48,668 nucleotides of DNA from a virus (taxonomy: Duplodnaviria > Caudoviricetes). The position numbers and the translations under genes were made by a program. Where the stretch lies: the IMG/VR virus record IMGVR_UViG_3300038393_000800, positions 1 through 48,668 of that record. One strand, 5' to 3'. Below are positions 9,964 through 18,508 of the stretch, in pieces; within the stretch, counting starts at the first letter, position 1; each line of letters begins with the position of its first letter. Under the pieces are notes generated by a model. That model was not told the DNA's origin and searched no databases. It was given only the letters and a program-made list of their open reading frames with translations.

Positions 9964-10245
9964 ATGTGGCACGATCAAATAGTCGACGCTCTAAAGCTAA
10001 TCGAAGCGCGTAGCAGGCGTTTATACGAACTCTCTGACTCATTTCTCGACACTGGAAACGAGAGAATGTCGGGAAAGCTTAAATCAATTGCCGATGATCT
10101 TATATATTCCGCTGATGAGATCAGAAAAAATATGAATATATCGGTCTGTGAAAACATCGACGCTTCAGTTCAGGCGTCTACGAACATGCTGAACGGTGTG
10201 CTCGCTGGTATAACGCTCGGTAAGACAGGCAAAGCTTCTAGATGA
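9964..10245 (+). CDS. Hypothetical protein
   Basis: AAGGA RBS; co-directional gene string. Confidence 0.6.
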   Translation: MWHDQIVDALKLIEARSRRLYELSDSFLDTGNERMSGKLKSIADDLIYSADEIRKNMNISVCENIDASVQASTNMLNGVLAGITLGKTGKASR

Positions 10246-10442
10246 AGTGTCAGTACTGTAGAGACTCCATCCCACTCACGAAACTCAAACACCAGTATAT
10301 TCATCGGGTGGGATGGAGTAATATAGTCTGTACTGAAGCTGGGTTCGGCACCGCTGAGCCGGGTGCGTGGTCTGAGTGTAGACCCTATGAATGGATTCCC
10401 AGACGAATCCGAAGAAATCAACGAAAGAAAGAAGAGACATGA
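10242..10442 (+). CDS. Small Zn-finger-like hypothetical protein
   Basis: CQYC...H...C; ATGA overlap with the upstream gene. Confidence 0.5.
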   Translation: MKCQYCRDSIPLTKLKHQYIHRVGWSNIVCTEAGFGTAEPGAWSECRPYEWIPRRIRRNQRKKEET

Positions 10443-10682
10443 TTGAATTTGTTCTCTGGTACATGGCTATCGGTTTTATTTCGTTCGTTTTCTCATACGC
10501 ATTTTTTAGAGAATAACTATAGAGTCGATGCAGATATGTTCTGCGCCGATGTAACATTGGGAAAAATCGTTTCATTTCTGTTCTTCTGGACTATGTGGCC
10601 TCTTGTCTTTTTGATGGGGTTATTGTTTTTTATGATGTGGCTTAACATACACAGCAGCAGTTTCAACGCTACTCTTTTTTAA
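10443..10682 (+). CDS. Hypothetical membrane protein (start uncertain)
   Basis: Hydrophobic FLFFWTMWPLVFLMGLLFF segment. Confidence 0.4.
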   Translation: MNLFSGTWLSVLFRSFSHTHFLENNYRVDADMFCADVTLGKIVSFLFFWTMWPLVFLMGLLFFMMWLNIHSSSFNATLF

Positions 10683-10723
10683 CACTTGTGATCTAGTAAA
10701 TCGATTTAGAAAGAAAGGAAAAC

Positions 10724-11431
10724 ATGAGCAAACGTGAGAAGCCGACTATTACAAAAGCTAAGTCGTTCGGGGATGAGACTGAAGTGCAATCTCATCCGGC
10801 GTTCGGTCAGATAAGCGCATCCCGCGTGCACGGCGGAGTTGATCTTTATGGTTCGAACATCCGACACAATGGATTCATCGAAGTTCGCGTGATGGGTTCA
10901 CACGAGGAGATCCTTCATAGATCCCGCAGGCACTACAATACAGTCGAGGAGATGTCCCTCTGGCTTTCGGAAGCAGCGTGGGCTTCATTCATCTCCAGTC
11001 TGAACACCGGAACCGGTGTTCCGTGTACGATTCGCTCCAAGCACACTGGTCCTCTCGTTCAGCTTCCTGAGATTGAAGGTGAGACCTACGCTCAGAGGCG
11101 TGAGAAGGAGATCGCTCTGGCTGTTTCCCGTCGAGCTGAGAAGCTTAGGGAAGCCGTTGCTTTCTTCGATGATCTTATGGCTAATGGAACACCGAAGAGG
11201 GCTGACCTGAAGAAGTTCAGGGATATGCTCATTCAGCCGGTAGATAATCTCGAGTCAAATATCGTGTTCGAGACGCGTGTTCTGAATGAGCACTCAGAGG
11301 ATCTGGTTCACGAAGCTCGATCTGAGATCGAAGCGTACATCACTCGAGTAGCTATGCAGTTCCCGGGGCTGGCTGACTCCGCTCCGAAGATTCAACAGAT
11401 TGAGAAGAGTGATGTCAGCGATTCCGACTGA
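10724..11431 (+). CDS. Conserved phage hypothetical protein
   Basis: HPAFGQISASRV..LYGS.I.H..LSEAAWASFISSLNTGTGVPCTI resembles a widespread phage family; strong RBS. Confidence 0.75.
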   Translation: MSKREKPTITKAKSFGDETEVQSHPAFGQISASRVHGGVDLYGSNIRHNGFIEVRVMGSHEEILHRSRRHYNTVEEMSLWLSEAAWASFISSLNTGTGVPCTIRSKHTGPLVQLPEIEGETYAQRREKEIALAVSRRAEKLREAVAFFDDLMANGTPKRADLKKFRDMLIQPVDNLESNIVFETRVLNEHSEDLVHEARSEIEAYITRVAMQFPGLADSAPKIQQIEKSDVSDSD

Positions 11432-11672
11432 GATCATCGATCGATACGACACTCTACTCGATAAGCATACTGGGTTAGGCATCTGTGAGCATAACCCAGG
11501 TACAAGCTTACATCACTTGAGATGGATGCTCTGGATGCTTCGCGGTGATATGGAATCGGGTAAAGCCAATAGGTGGCTCGGTTTCATTCAGGGCGTGCTT
11601 ACAGTAGAGGGATACATAAACGTATCAGAAGAACGGGACTTCACGCGCCCGTTCTTTCAAAAAGAAGGATAA
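11412..11672 (+). CDS. Conserved phage hypothetical protein
   Basis: HLRWML...KANRWLGFIQGVL...ERDFTRP motif. Confidence 0.7.
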   Translation: MSAIPTEIIDRYDTLLDKHTGLGICEHNPGTSLHHLRWMLWMLRGDMESGKANRWLGFIQGVLTVEGYINVSEERDFTRPFFQKEG

Positions 11673-11904
11673 CATATTGCTCGCGCTTATTCTAATTGCA
11701 CTTAAAGTAGCTTTCGTTTTTGTCCTAAGCTTCTTCTTTGTCATCGCTCTGTTCGCCTCCATCGTCGTGCTGATCATCATGATGATATCGCTTTTCAGAA
11801 CAAGACCGACAAAGAAATACAAATCGTGATCTGAATGGGAAATCCTATAGAAGAGTTCCAAATCATCCTGGGGTGATCCTGATGTCAAAGAGAATGGATT
11901 AAAA

Positions 11905-12130
11905 TGAGTGTTGTTCTAGCTGGTTTAGCTTGGATCTGTGGATTGTCTTGGGTATGATGATGTGGATCGACATCACATTCATCTATGGCGTTAGCCCTAA
12001 TACATGGACTAACAAGGACACTCGAGGTGATCTTGGTTGGGCATCGGCGATCTTTTTCTATCTGCCGGTGTGCCTTTGTTTCGGCGTATTTTTCTGGATA
12101 GTGCTTGCCTGGCACACTTTTCGTCGATAG
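11905..12130 (+). CDS. Hypothetical membrane protein (start uncertain)
   Basis: Hydrophobic ORF ending before the terminator hairpin. Confidence 0.35.
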
Positions 12131-12152
12131 AAGATCGCTGGATGAACGACGA

Positions 12153-12180
12153 AAGCCGGAAGGATTTCCCCTTCCGGCTT
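12153..12180. terminator. Intrinsic terminator hairpin between convergent gene blocks
   Basis: AAGCCGGAAGG-N6-CCTTCCGGCTT. Confidence 0.75.
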
Positions 12181-12203
12181 CTTTACATTCACTCGTGGGA
12201 TAT

Positions 12204-12632
12204 CTAGAGACCTATATCACTCAATTCTTGAGCTAATCTTCTCATATCCGACTTAAATTCACCGGGATCGAGTTCGTACGGTGTTACGAACGCATCGATC
12301 TGATCTACATCATCGCGAGAGAAACTCTTGTTCATCTCGTATAGACCACTGTAGATTTCCCCTTGCCTGAAGCTATTCAGAGCATAGAGTTTATCACGGA
12401 TCTTAGTATTAAAATAGCCTGGCATCAGACATCGATCTGTGTTATCAGGAGACAAGCGCTGAGCCATCACCGCTCCAGCCAGACACACGGAGCATATCAT
12501 ACCATTACCGACTAAGCGATCGTGGTAGACGTCCATGTCGATCTTGTATCGATAATCCTTCTCGGTTTTTTCCAGATCTTCGAGAGCGAGAAGAATGAGT
12601 TCGGATGGTTTATCGGGCAGTGTGTCGGTCAT
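12204..12632 (-). CDS. Hypothetical protein, paralog family B
   Basis: PDKPSELI..AL.DLE..EK..Y.IDM..CSVCLAGAV shared with 14814..15275. Confidence 0.75.
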   Translation of the reverse strand: MTDTLPDKPSELILLALEDLEKTEKDYRYKIDMDVYHDRLVGNGMICSVCLAGAVMAQRLSPDNTDRCLMPGYFNTKIRDKLYALNSFRQGEIYSGLYEMNKSFSRDDVDQIDAFVTPYELDPGEFKSDMRRLAQELSDIGL

Positions 12633-12700
12633 TTTATCTTCCTTGATTTTTTTGAAAATGAAAATCACTGGTTCTCACACCCGAGAACCAGTGAATACTC

Positions 12701-12943
12701 CTATTTCAGGAGCTGGTGAACCTGGGAACGAAGGAACTCATCGCTCTCACCGGGAGGTTGGCACTCCCGGAGAAATCCCATAGCATCCCGACGATTGTCG
12801 AAAGCTACCATGATGCACGGATTTCCACCGGCCGGACCGTGTGCGATGAACTCAATGATCCTTCCCCGATGCCTGGAGATGATCTCCAGCGTCTTTTGGA
12901 TTGACTCATTGGCTGCGAAGTCTTGATTCACGTATACCTTCAC
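12701..12943 (-). CDS. Hypothetical protein, paralog family C
   Basis: GPAGGNP motif; similar to 15944..16174; downstream of the promoter at 12983-13011. Confidence 0.7.
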   Translation of the reverse strand: MKVYVNQDFAANESIQKTLEIISRHRGRIIEFIAHGPAGGNPCIMVAFDNRRDAMGFLRECQPPGESDEFLRSQVHQLLK

Positions 12944-12982
12944 GGGCGTATGCCTCCAGTACGTAGGTCAACAGTGATTGAG

Positions 12983-13011
12983 AGTCTACAACACCTTCAC
13001 AAAGGTGTCAA
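12983..13011 (-). promoter_or_regulatory. Early promoter
   Basis: TTGACA-N17-TAGACT. Confidence 0.75.
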
Positions 13012-13161
13012 CTGCTCTTCCGCGCGCTCCCGCTCTTTCCAGAGACTCTTAGGGCAGTACTTCCAGTCGCGCGTTTTGACCATCGATGCAGCGACCTCAT
13101 CGGATACACGGACGATCGATACTTGCTCTTTATTCTTTCCCCAATATTGAACACACTTCAT
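12997..13161 (-). CDS. Small hypothetical protein (54 aa)
   Basis: MKCVQYWGKNKEQVSIVRVSDEVAASMVKTRDWKYCPKSLWKE... Confidence 0.55.
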   Translation of the reverse strand: MKCVQYWGKNKEQVSIVRVSDEVAASMVKTRDWKYCPKSLWKERERAEEQLTPL

Positions 13162-13226
13162 AGCTCTCAGGCTCCATGTTGCGTCTGGGATCGGTGAAGG
13201 AGCTCCCAGACAACGCTCCTTTGATT

Positions 13227-13255
13227 CTTCTACAACTTCTTCAAGTGGATGTCAA
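13227..13255 (-). promoter_or_regulatory. Early promoter
   Basis: TTGACA-N17-TAGAAG. Confidence 0.55.
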
Positions 13256-13260
13256 TTAGA

Positions 13261-13524
13261 TTATTTGATCCACTCCTCGATTTCTTCCGAGCTCGGCTTC
13301 TTCCAGTTGACGATCTGCCCAGTGTCGAGATCTACGTCGAGGATGACGTAGTCGCCGTAGTGATCACCGGGCATGAAACCCGGAACATACCCATCATCTT
13401 GCGAATGGATCTCCTCACCATCCTGATCTACAAGCTGCGCACTGAACGTATCACTGACTTTGCAGCAAATCTTGAGCGTCTTAGCATACACTTTGACGGT
13501 CTTAGTAGCGGTTATTTCAGGCAT
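13261..13524 (-). CDS. Conserved phage hypothetical protein
   Basis: DGYVPGFMPGDHYGDYVILDVDLDTGQIVNW; AGGAG RBS. Confidence 0.75.
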   Translation of the reverse strand: MPEITATKTVKVYAKTLKICCKVSDTFSAQLVDQDGEEIHSQDDGYVPGFMPGDHYGDYVILDVDLDTGQIVNWKKPSSEEIEEWIK

Positions 13525-13695
13525 CTTCGTTCTCCTACATCTGCATCAGGAGAGATTCTGGAACTCTCTCGAACTCCCGACCAGCCCGCTTCGCTTCCTG
13601 CTCAGCGTCCCAGTGTCGATGAAGCATTCTTAGTCGATAGCCGATCGTTTCCTCGACGAACCACTTGAAATACAGTTTCTTGATAGCCCTTAGCA

Positions 13696-14013
13696 TCACT
13701 CTCTCCTCTCGTCGAGAATCACGTGCCCGTCGTGGTGCCTAACAGACACCATCTTATTCCGGGGATCGCTGGGATTCCACTCCCTGCCGAACACTGGACC
13801 AAACCACTTGTTGATCCAGCCGATCCTCCTGATCGTCTTCTCCATGTCCCGATAGTCGCGCTCGGTGAGCATATCTGAACCGCACTTCGGGCACAGATAG
13901 CCGATCAAGTGCTTGCCCCAGTCCTGTGCTTCGGGAAGAACGTACTTGCACTCGGGGTTGTCGCAGTGCAGGCGCCCGCAGTCCGACGTGTCGATGTGAA
14001 TGAGTTCCTTCAT
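13696..14013 (-). CDS. Zn-ribbon hypothetical protein
   Basis: CDNPEC...CPKCG; AGGAG RBS. Confidence 0.7.
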   Translation of the reverse strand: MKELIHIDTSDCGRLHCDNPECKYVLPEAQDWGKHLIGYLCPKCGSDMLTERDYRDMEKTIRRIGWINKWFGPVFGREWNPSDPRNKMVSVRHHDGHVILDERRE

Positions 14014-14022
14014 CGTCTCCTC

Positions 14023-14259
14023 CTATGAGATCTGAGCTAGTGTGATGGGTGCCTTAGAGCGATACGTGGGAAACCGCTTCCTCTTCACGGGGCGGTTTGC
14101 CTCCATAAGCTGGAGCCTATCGAACTGAGGACGAGTCAGTGTTCCCTTCCGAGCCCATGCCGCGCACCTCTGATAGAACTCATTGGGTCCGTCGCGATCG
14201 AGAAGAGCCTGCGCCAGCTCACGTCCCCTCTTAATCTCTTCTTTGGTAAGCTTAGTCAT
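14023..14259 (-). CDS. Hypothetical protein
   Basis: Co-directional ORF overlapping the upstream gene. Confidence 0.6.
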   Translation of the reverse strand: MTKLTKEEIKRGRELAQALLDRDGPNEFYQRCAAWARKGTLTRPQFDRLQLMEANRPVKRKRFPTYRSKAPITLAQIS

Positions 14260-14515
14260 CTGCGATCACCTTCAGAGTCAGTGTGGAGTCGACTTGTGTG
14301 TAGACGACGTACAGGATCTTTCCGTCCCACATCGATCTCGTCTGGACTAAGGGCTTTCCGTTTCCCATGTTAGTCTCGAGCTGAAGAGGCCAGACTCCTT
14401 TACCGATACCCAAGACCGAAGCGTGCGTTCTCCAGTGCCCGATCTCGGGGCCGTCCTCGTGGATTCGACCCCTCATCTTCTCGATGTCGCTTGCCAGAAA
14501 CAGATACCGATGCAT
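14252..14515 (-). CDS. Hypothetical protein, paralog family A
   Basis: AS.LG...G.WP..L.T.MGNG.P...Y.Q....LKV; shared with 16189..16440 and 25262..25531. Confidence 0.7.
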   Translation of the reverse strand: MHRYLFLASDIEKMRGRIHEDGPEIGHWRTHASVLGIGKGVWPLQLETNMGNGKPLVQTRSMWDGKILYVVYTQVDSTLTLKVIADD

Positions 14516-14547
14516 GTGATTCCCCAGAGACTCAATCCGATGATTCG

Positions 14548-14576
14548 AGTCTATACCATCATCGTGAAGATGTAAA
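14548..14576 (-). promoter_or_regulatory. Early promoter
   Basis: TTTACA-tcttcacgatgatggta-TAGACT. Confidence 0.75.
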
Positions 14577-14585
14577 TAGCCTACT

Positions 14586-14801
14586 TCAGCCCTTTTCGAT
14601 CTTAATCACATCGACTGAGAGCGGTCGGTCCTCCCAGAACAGGAAGACGTGCTTCTTCAGGGACATCTGAGCTCCAGTTCGACTCTCGCTCGCGATGTAT
14701 GAGTCCTTCTCCCAGACAGTCAGAGCGGTCGTCGGAAGCTTATAGATGGCATAGAGCTCACGCAGGGTAGCGGGCTTTCCCATAACGGCTATGAACCACA
14801 T
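14586..14801 (-). CDS. Hypothetical protein
   Basis: AAGGAG RBS. Confidence 0.6.
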   Translation of the reverse strand: MWFIAVMGKPATLRELYAIYKLPTTALTVWEKDSYIASESRTGAQMSLKKHVFLFWEDRPLSVDVIKIEKG

Positions 14802-14813
14802 TGGACTTCTCCT

Positions 14814-15275
14814 TCAGTGACCGCTGGACGCAAGCATCTCAGCCAGCTTCTTCATGTCCTGCTTGAAGCCCTTTGGGTTAACTTCATAGGAAATGACGCC
14901 GAAGTGAACGGGAAGATCCTTGGCTGACTTCGGCCTCTTCTCATAGAAGTTGTACAGTCCTTCCCAGACGTCCCCGCATCTGAAGCTGTCCAGGGCCAGA
15001 AGCTTGCCCTGAGTCTTCTTGTCGAAGTCCTCGGGACGGATGTTCATCTTTGATTGCCCGGCGCGGGCTATAACAGCTCCAGCCAGACACACCGCGCACT
15101 CATACCCGTACTCACAGTCGACGCTGAACCATGAGTACATATCGATGACGTATCCCGGCGTCTTCTCGGCGGCTTCTAAGTCCTGAAGCGCCGCGAGGAT
15201 AGCCTCGGACGGCTTATCGGGAATCTCCGGCGTGACCGGCTTCTGAACTCGAGGCATCGGTAGCTTCTTGACCAT
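14814..15275 (-). CDS. Hypothetical protein, paralog family B
   Basis: PDKPSEAI..CAVCLAGAV..KLLALDSFR.G..FKQDM; AGGAG RBS. Confidence 0.75.
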   Translation of the reverse strand: MVKKLPMPRVQKPVTPEIPDKPSEAILAALQDLEAAEKTPGYVIDMYSWFSVDCEYGYECAVCLAGAVIARAGQSKMNIRPEDFDKKTQGKLLALDSFRCGDVWEGLYNFYEKRPKSAKDLPVHFGVISYEVNPKGFKQDMKKLAEMLASSGH

Positions 15276-15285
15276 GATCGCTCTC

Positions 15286-15522
15286 CTATCTTCCTGAAGA
15301 AGTTCCATCGTAGATGCTCAGGATGAGTTGACCCATGAAGTAAGCCAGACAAGCACAAAGGATGTAGAGTAAGGCGCGCGCTCCTCCTACCCAGGCTATT
15401 CCCTGAATGATCAGGTACACCAGCCCAGTGGAAAAAGCGGTACCGACTCCACCAATCGCGATGGTCACCGGCACTCTCCAGTACCACTTCATCCCGTTGA
15501 TCTTCTTGAACAGCGACTTCAT
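15286..15522 (-). CDS. Two-TM membrane protein
   Basis: Two hydrophobic segments; downstream of the promoter at 15559-15586. Confidence 0.6.
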   Translation of the reverse strand: MKSLFKKINGMKWYWRVPVTIAIGGVGTAFSTGLVYLIIQGIAWVGGARALLYILCACLAYFMGQLILSIYDGTSSGR

Positions 15523-15558
15523 CGATCCCTCTACCCCTTACGTGATCCTATACTGAGC

Positions 15559-15586
15559 TTTATACCCAGCGTGAATGAGATGTCAA
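15559..15586 (-). promoter_or_regulatory. Early promoter
   Basis: TTGACA-N16-TATAAA, with TTCACG in the spacer. Confidence 0.6.
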
Positions 15587-15609
15587 TAGCATCGATGCCC
15601 ATGAGTTTT

Positions 15610-15792
15610 CTACCGAGCTTCGTAGACGGTTCCAGGACCCGGAATGCACGTGAAGGAGAAGTTCGAGTTCTTCTTCTCCGCGGCTTGACCAGCATCCACA
15701 CAGAGCTCCTTAGTATGGTATCCCTGAACAGACGTCAGAGCTGTGCCACCTAGCGAAACCCACATCAGGATCAGAACGAACGTAGTATGCAT
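15610..15792 (-). CDS. Small secreted/membrane protein with two Cys
   Basis: MHTTFVLILMWVSLGG...C...CIP. Confidence 0.5.
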   Translation of the reverse strand: MHTTFVLILMWVSLGGTALTSVQGYHTKELCVDAGQAAEKKNSNFSFTCIPGPGTVYEAR

Positions 15793-15943
15793 CTCATCTC
15801 TCCCGTGAACTCCGTCCATGCATCCCTGAACTTATTCCAGTAGTGTCTTCTGTACAGACTGAAGACGGCGTCCCTGCGATCGCACCAGGCGATGATCCGC
15901 TGTCGCTCGCGCTCCATCAACCTCTTCGTTGAGATAGGCATCT

Positions 15944-16174
15944 TTAAATCTCCTTGATCGCAGTCGTGATGTACTCCAGATCTGACTGAGGCCGGACAAC
16001 CCTGATGAAGTCGGAAGCGCTCGACCTACCTTCAAATAAGACTACTATCTTAACCGTACTCTCTCCTGGGCACACATCAAAGTCGATGAGCTTCCCCTCA
16101 TACTCCAGTAGATCTTCAAAGAGATGAGCTACCGTTTCATCGTCTACGACGTCGACTACAGCCACACACTTCAT
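15944..16174 (-). CDS. Hypothetical protein, paralog family C
   Basis: G.LIDF...I.V.F..R..A..F pattern shared with 12701..12943. Confidence 0.6.
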   Translation of the reverse strand: MKCVAVVDVVDDETVAHLFEDLLEYEGKLIDFDVCPGESTVKIVVLFEGRSSASDFIRVVRPQSDLEYITTAIKEI

Positions 16175-16188
16175 GATCTCTCACCTTC

Positions 16189-16440
16189 TCAGTCGTTGAA
16201 GATCTTCATCGTGACGGTTCCCAGGTGCTGGCGATAGAGACAGTACTGGAGCTCATCACTTATGTACTCCAGAGTGGACAGAACCAAGGGCTGACTGTTT
16301 CCTACGTCGGTCTTGATGTAGGCGGGCCACTGACCGACTGGGAAGTCTAGGTCGGAAGCCTCCGCTGTGAATTCATCCGTCTTGTGCTTCAGGATGCAGA
16401 GGCGATCGAAGTCCTTCTGGAGAATCACGCATTCGTTCAT
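16189..16440 (-). CDS. Hypothetical protein, paralog family A
   Basis: EFTAEASDLDFPVGQWP...TDVGNSQ...LYRQ.LG...KIFND. Confidence 0.75.
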   Translation of the reverse strand: MNECVILQKDFDRLCILKHKTDEFTAEASDLDFPVGQWPAYIKTDVGNSQPLVLSTLEYISDELQYCLYRQHLGTVTMKIFND

Positions 16441-16468
16441 GGTCTAAACTCCGTGTGCAGATGGTTCG

Positions 16469-16497
16469 AGTCTACATCATCGTGAAGAGGATGTCAA
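16469..16497 (-). promoter_or_regulatory. Early promoter
   Basis: TTGACA-tcctcttcacgatgatg-TAGACT. Confidence 0.8.
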
Positions 16498-16940
16498 CTG
16501 CTCTTCTTCTTCCTAGGTGTCTTTCCGACCGGCAGGTACTTGTCGAGTTCAGCTGCTAGGTGAAGAAGCTCATCCCTGATGGCCTGTGCGTGGACTCGCT
16601 TCTTCCCAGTGAACATTCCATCAACACCCTCCGTCTGGAAGTCGATGAACATCCGAACAGCTTCGGAGAAGTTGAACTGAAGCATGGGTCCTGAGTACTC
16701 CATGTCTCCCAGGGGCAGCTCGACGTTGAACTTGAGAGGCTCAGTCGGATCGTACTTCTCAGCCATCTGCATGAACGAATCGCCTTCAACGGCATACTCC
16801 AGAACTTCAGCGACGGCGTCCTTTACGATCTTCTCGACGTCGAACTCCTGAAGTGCTTCCTCGAGCCTGGGAAGAGTCCATTCACGGACGTCGACTTTAC
16901 CGATCTTGAGCGACTTACCTACGGCTTTCTTCTTGGTCAT
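16494..16940 (-). CDS. Hypothetical protein
   Basis: GAGGAG RBS and its own promoter. Confidence 0.7.
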   Translation of the reverse strand: MTKKKAVGKSLKIGKVDVREWTLPRLEEALQEFDVEKIVKDAVAEVLEYAVEGDSFMQMAEKYDPTEPLKFNVELPLGDMEYSGPMLQFNFSEAVRMFIDFQTEGVDGMFTGKKRVHAQAIRDELLHLAAELDKYLPVGKTPRKKKSS

Positions 16941-16973
16941 CGTCGTAGTCTCCTCTAGGTTGCAGATAGATCA

Positions 16974-17002
16974 AGTCTAAATCACCATCACGAAGATGTC
17001 AA
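16974..17002 (-). promoter_or_regulatory. Early promoter
   Basis: TTGACA-tcttcgtgatggtgatt-TAGACT. Confidence 0.75.
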
Positions 17003-17412
17003 TGGGAAAGTGCGTGGACCCAGTCGCTCTCGGTATTCTTGACTTCCTTCTCGTTCAAGTAGACGAGCCGACCATTCTTCCTCTGGGACTTCAGGTACTT
17101 CTTAGCCTGCTCCTCAGTCAGGCTATCAGACCACTTGCCGTTGGGACCAACCACCGTATACCGTACTTCACCGTCTGGGTTGGTGAACCTCCGCACCGCG
17201 ACTCGACCGTTCCTGAACTGTGCGTTTACGTAGTCGGCGTAGAACCACTTCCCGAATGTCCAGGAAACCGGGTTTTCCCAGAGGCACCGCTTGGCGATCC
17301 GAGCATTGACTTCGGGAGAGTCGGGAAGCGTACCGTCCCTGACGAAGTCCCGAATAGCTTTTGAGCCGTAGCAGTTCAAGATGGTTCTCTGGGAGTCAGT
17401 TAGGTCGGTCAT
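16999..17412 (-). CDS. Hypothetical protein
   Basis: GGAG RBS and its own promoter. Confidence 0.7.
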   Translation of the reverse strand: MTDLTDSQRTILNCYGSKAIRDFVRDGTLPDSPEVNARIAKRCLWENPVSWTFGKWFYADYVNAQFRNGRVAVRRFTNPDGEVRYTVVGPNGKWSDSLTEEQAKKYLKSQRKNGRLVYLNEKEVKNTESDWVHALSH

Positions 17413-17445
17413 CGTCGTGGTCTCCGTTGCTCGATCGTGAATCAG

Positions 17446-17473
17446 ACTATAATCCTCTTCACGAAGAAGTAAA
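17446..17473 (-). promoter_or_regulatory. Early promoter
   Basis: TTTACT-tcttcgtgaagaggat-TATAGT. Confidence 0.6.
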
Positions 17474-17524
17474 CGGCTATTTTACAGTTGACATCGACCC
17501 GAATCAGTGGTATACCGCGCGATC

Positions 17525-17752
17525 CTATGTATCGTAGTGGGTTTCCCAGTCGTACCACACGTCGTAGACTGAGTCCCAGTTCGAGTCCCAAGCCGTTCCA
17601 CTTACGAGCTCGGGTATCTCATCACGCGCCAGCTTCCAGTCAAAGATCTCGTTGAGCTTCTCGCGATGGTTCTTGATCTCGTCGTCCGAGAACAGCAGGG
17701 ACTTCTTTCCCTTCATGTTCGGTACGTTCCTGGCCCAGCTCACGCTCTTCAT
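17525..17752 (-). CDS. Hypothetical protein
   Basis: GGGAG RBS; co-directional. Confidence 0.5.
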   Translation of the reverse strand: MKSVSWARNVPNMKGKKSLLFSDDEIKNHREKLNEIFDWKLARDEIPELVSGTAWDSNWDSVYDVWYDWETHYDT

Positions 17753-18064
17753 GCTCCCTCTTCAGTTCCTGTAACCGCTTCCTCCAGCGCTCGGTGTGTC
17801 TCGGACCAGGACCATGCGGCTTACCGCACCTACACACATCAGAATCCATGTATACCCCTCGTGCTCCACATCTCCAGCACTATGAACGAGCATCCCAGAT
17901 AGACGATAGCCTCTACTAAGTATCCTATGATCATCATCGCTCTCCACATCGTCACTACTCCTCTCCTGAGATTATATACCAGACGATGCCGATGTACAAG
18001 TACAGTGCACACCCCGCTAGGAAGATGAGTACGGCCGTACACAGCACCTGTATAAGCAGACCGA

Positions 18065-18502
18065 TCACAGCAGGGACGCCGCTCGAAAGAAGTCGTCTAC
18101 CTGTTCAGAAGTCCAGCCGTACGCAGTCCCGATGGCTATCGTCATCGGATGATTCCTCTCAAAGACCGTGGCACCACCCACCAGCATCTTAGCCCCGAAC
18201 TGCTGGTCTGCGGGCATACCGCTGATGATCGACAGGAGCGGAGGGGGGATGACCGCGGCGTTCGAAGCGATGGCGTCGTCCTGGGTGATGATGCCTTGAA
18301 CAGCCAGCTGCTGGAAGAACTGACGATCGCTTATCGACGCTGGAACGGGAGGTGGTGGAGCTACATATGGATCGGGAACACCTCCGTCCGACAGCCACTT
18401 CTCATAAGCGATTCTATCTGAGTTGCCCGGATCACTGGGTATGCAGGCGTTGTCCGCGATCCTGACTACTACGTCTGTATCAGTTAGTCGATATTCTGCC
18501 AT
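18065..18502 (-). CDS. Tail-fibre-associated protein / assembly chaperone (DUF4376-like)
   Basis: IPSDPGNSD...YEKWL..GG.PDPY..PPP..ISDRQFFQQLA...ATVFERNHP...VDDFFRAA; directly downstream of the fibre genes. Confidence 0.75.
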   Translation of the reverse strand: MAEYRLTDTDVVVRIADNACIPSDPGNSDRIAYEKWLSDGGVPDPYVAPPPPVPASISDRQFFQQLAVQGIITQDDAIASNAAVIPPPLLSIISGMPADQQFGAKMLVGGATVFERNHPMTIAIGTAYGWTSEQVDDFFRAASLL

Positions 18503-18508
18503 GTGTTT

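Noticed and set aside
12983-17473. CRISPR-like array of recurring motifs
   Set aside because: The repeats are degenerate -35/-10 promoter elements separated by whole genes, not constant repeats with short spacers.
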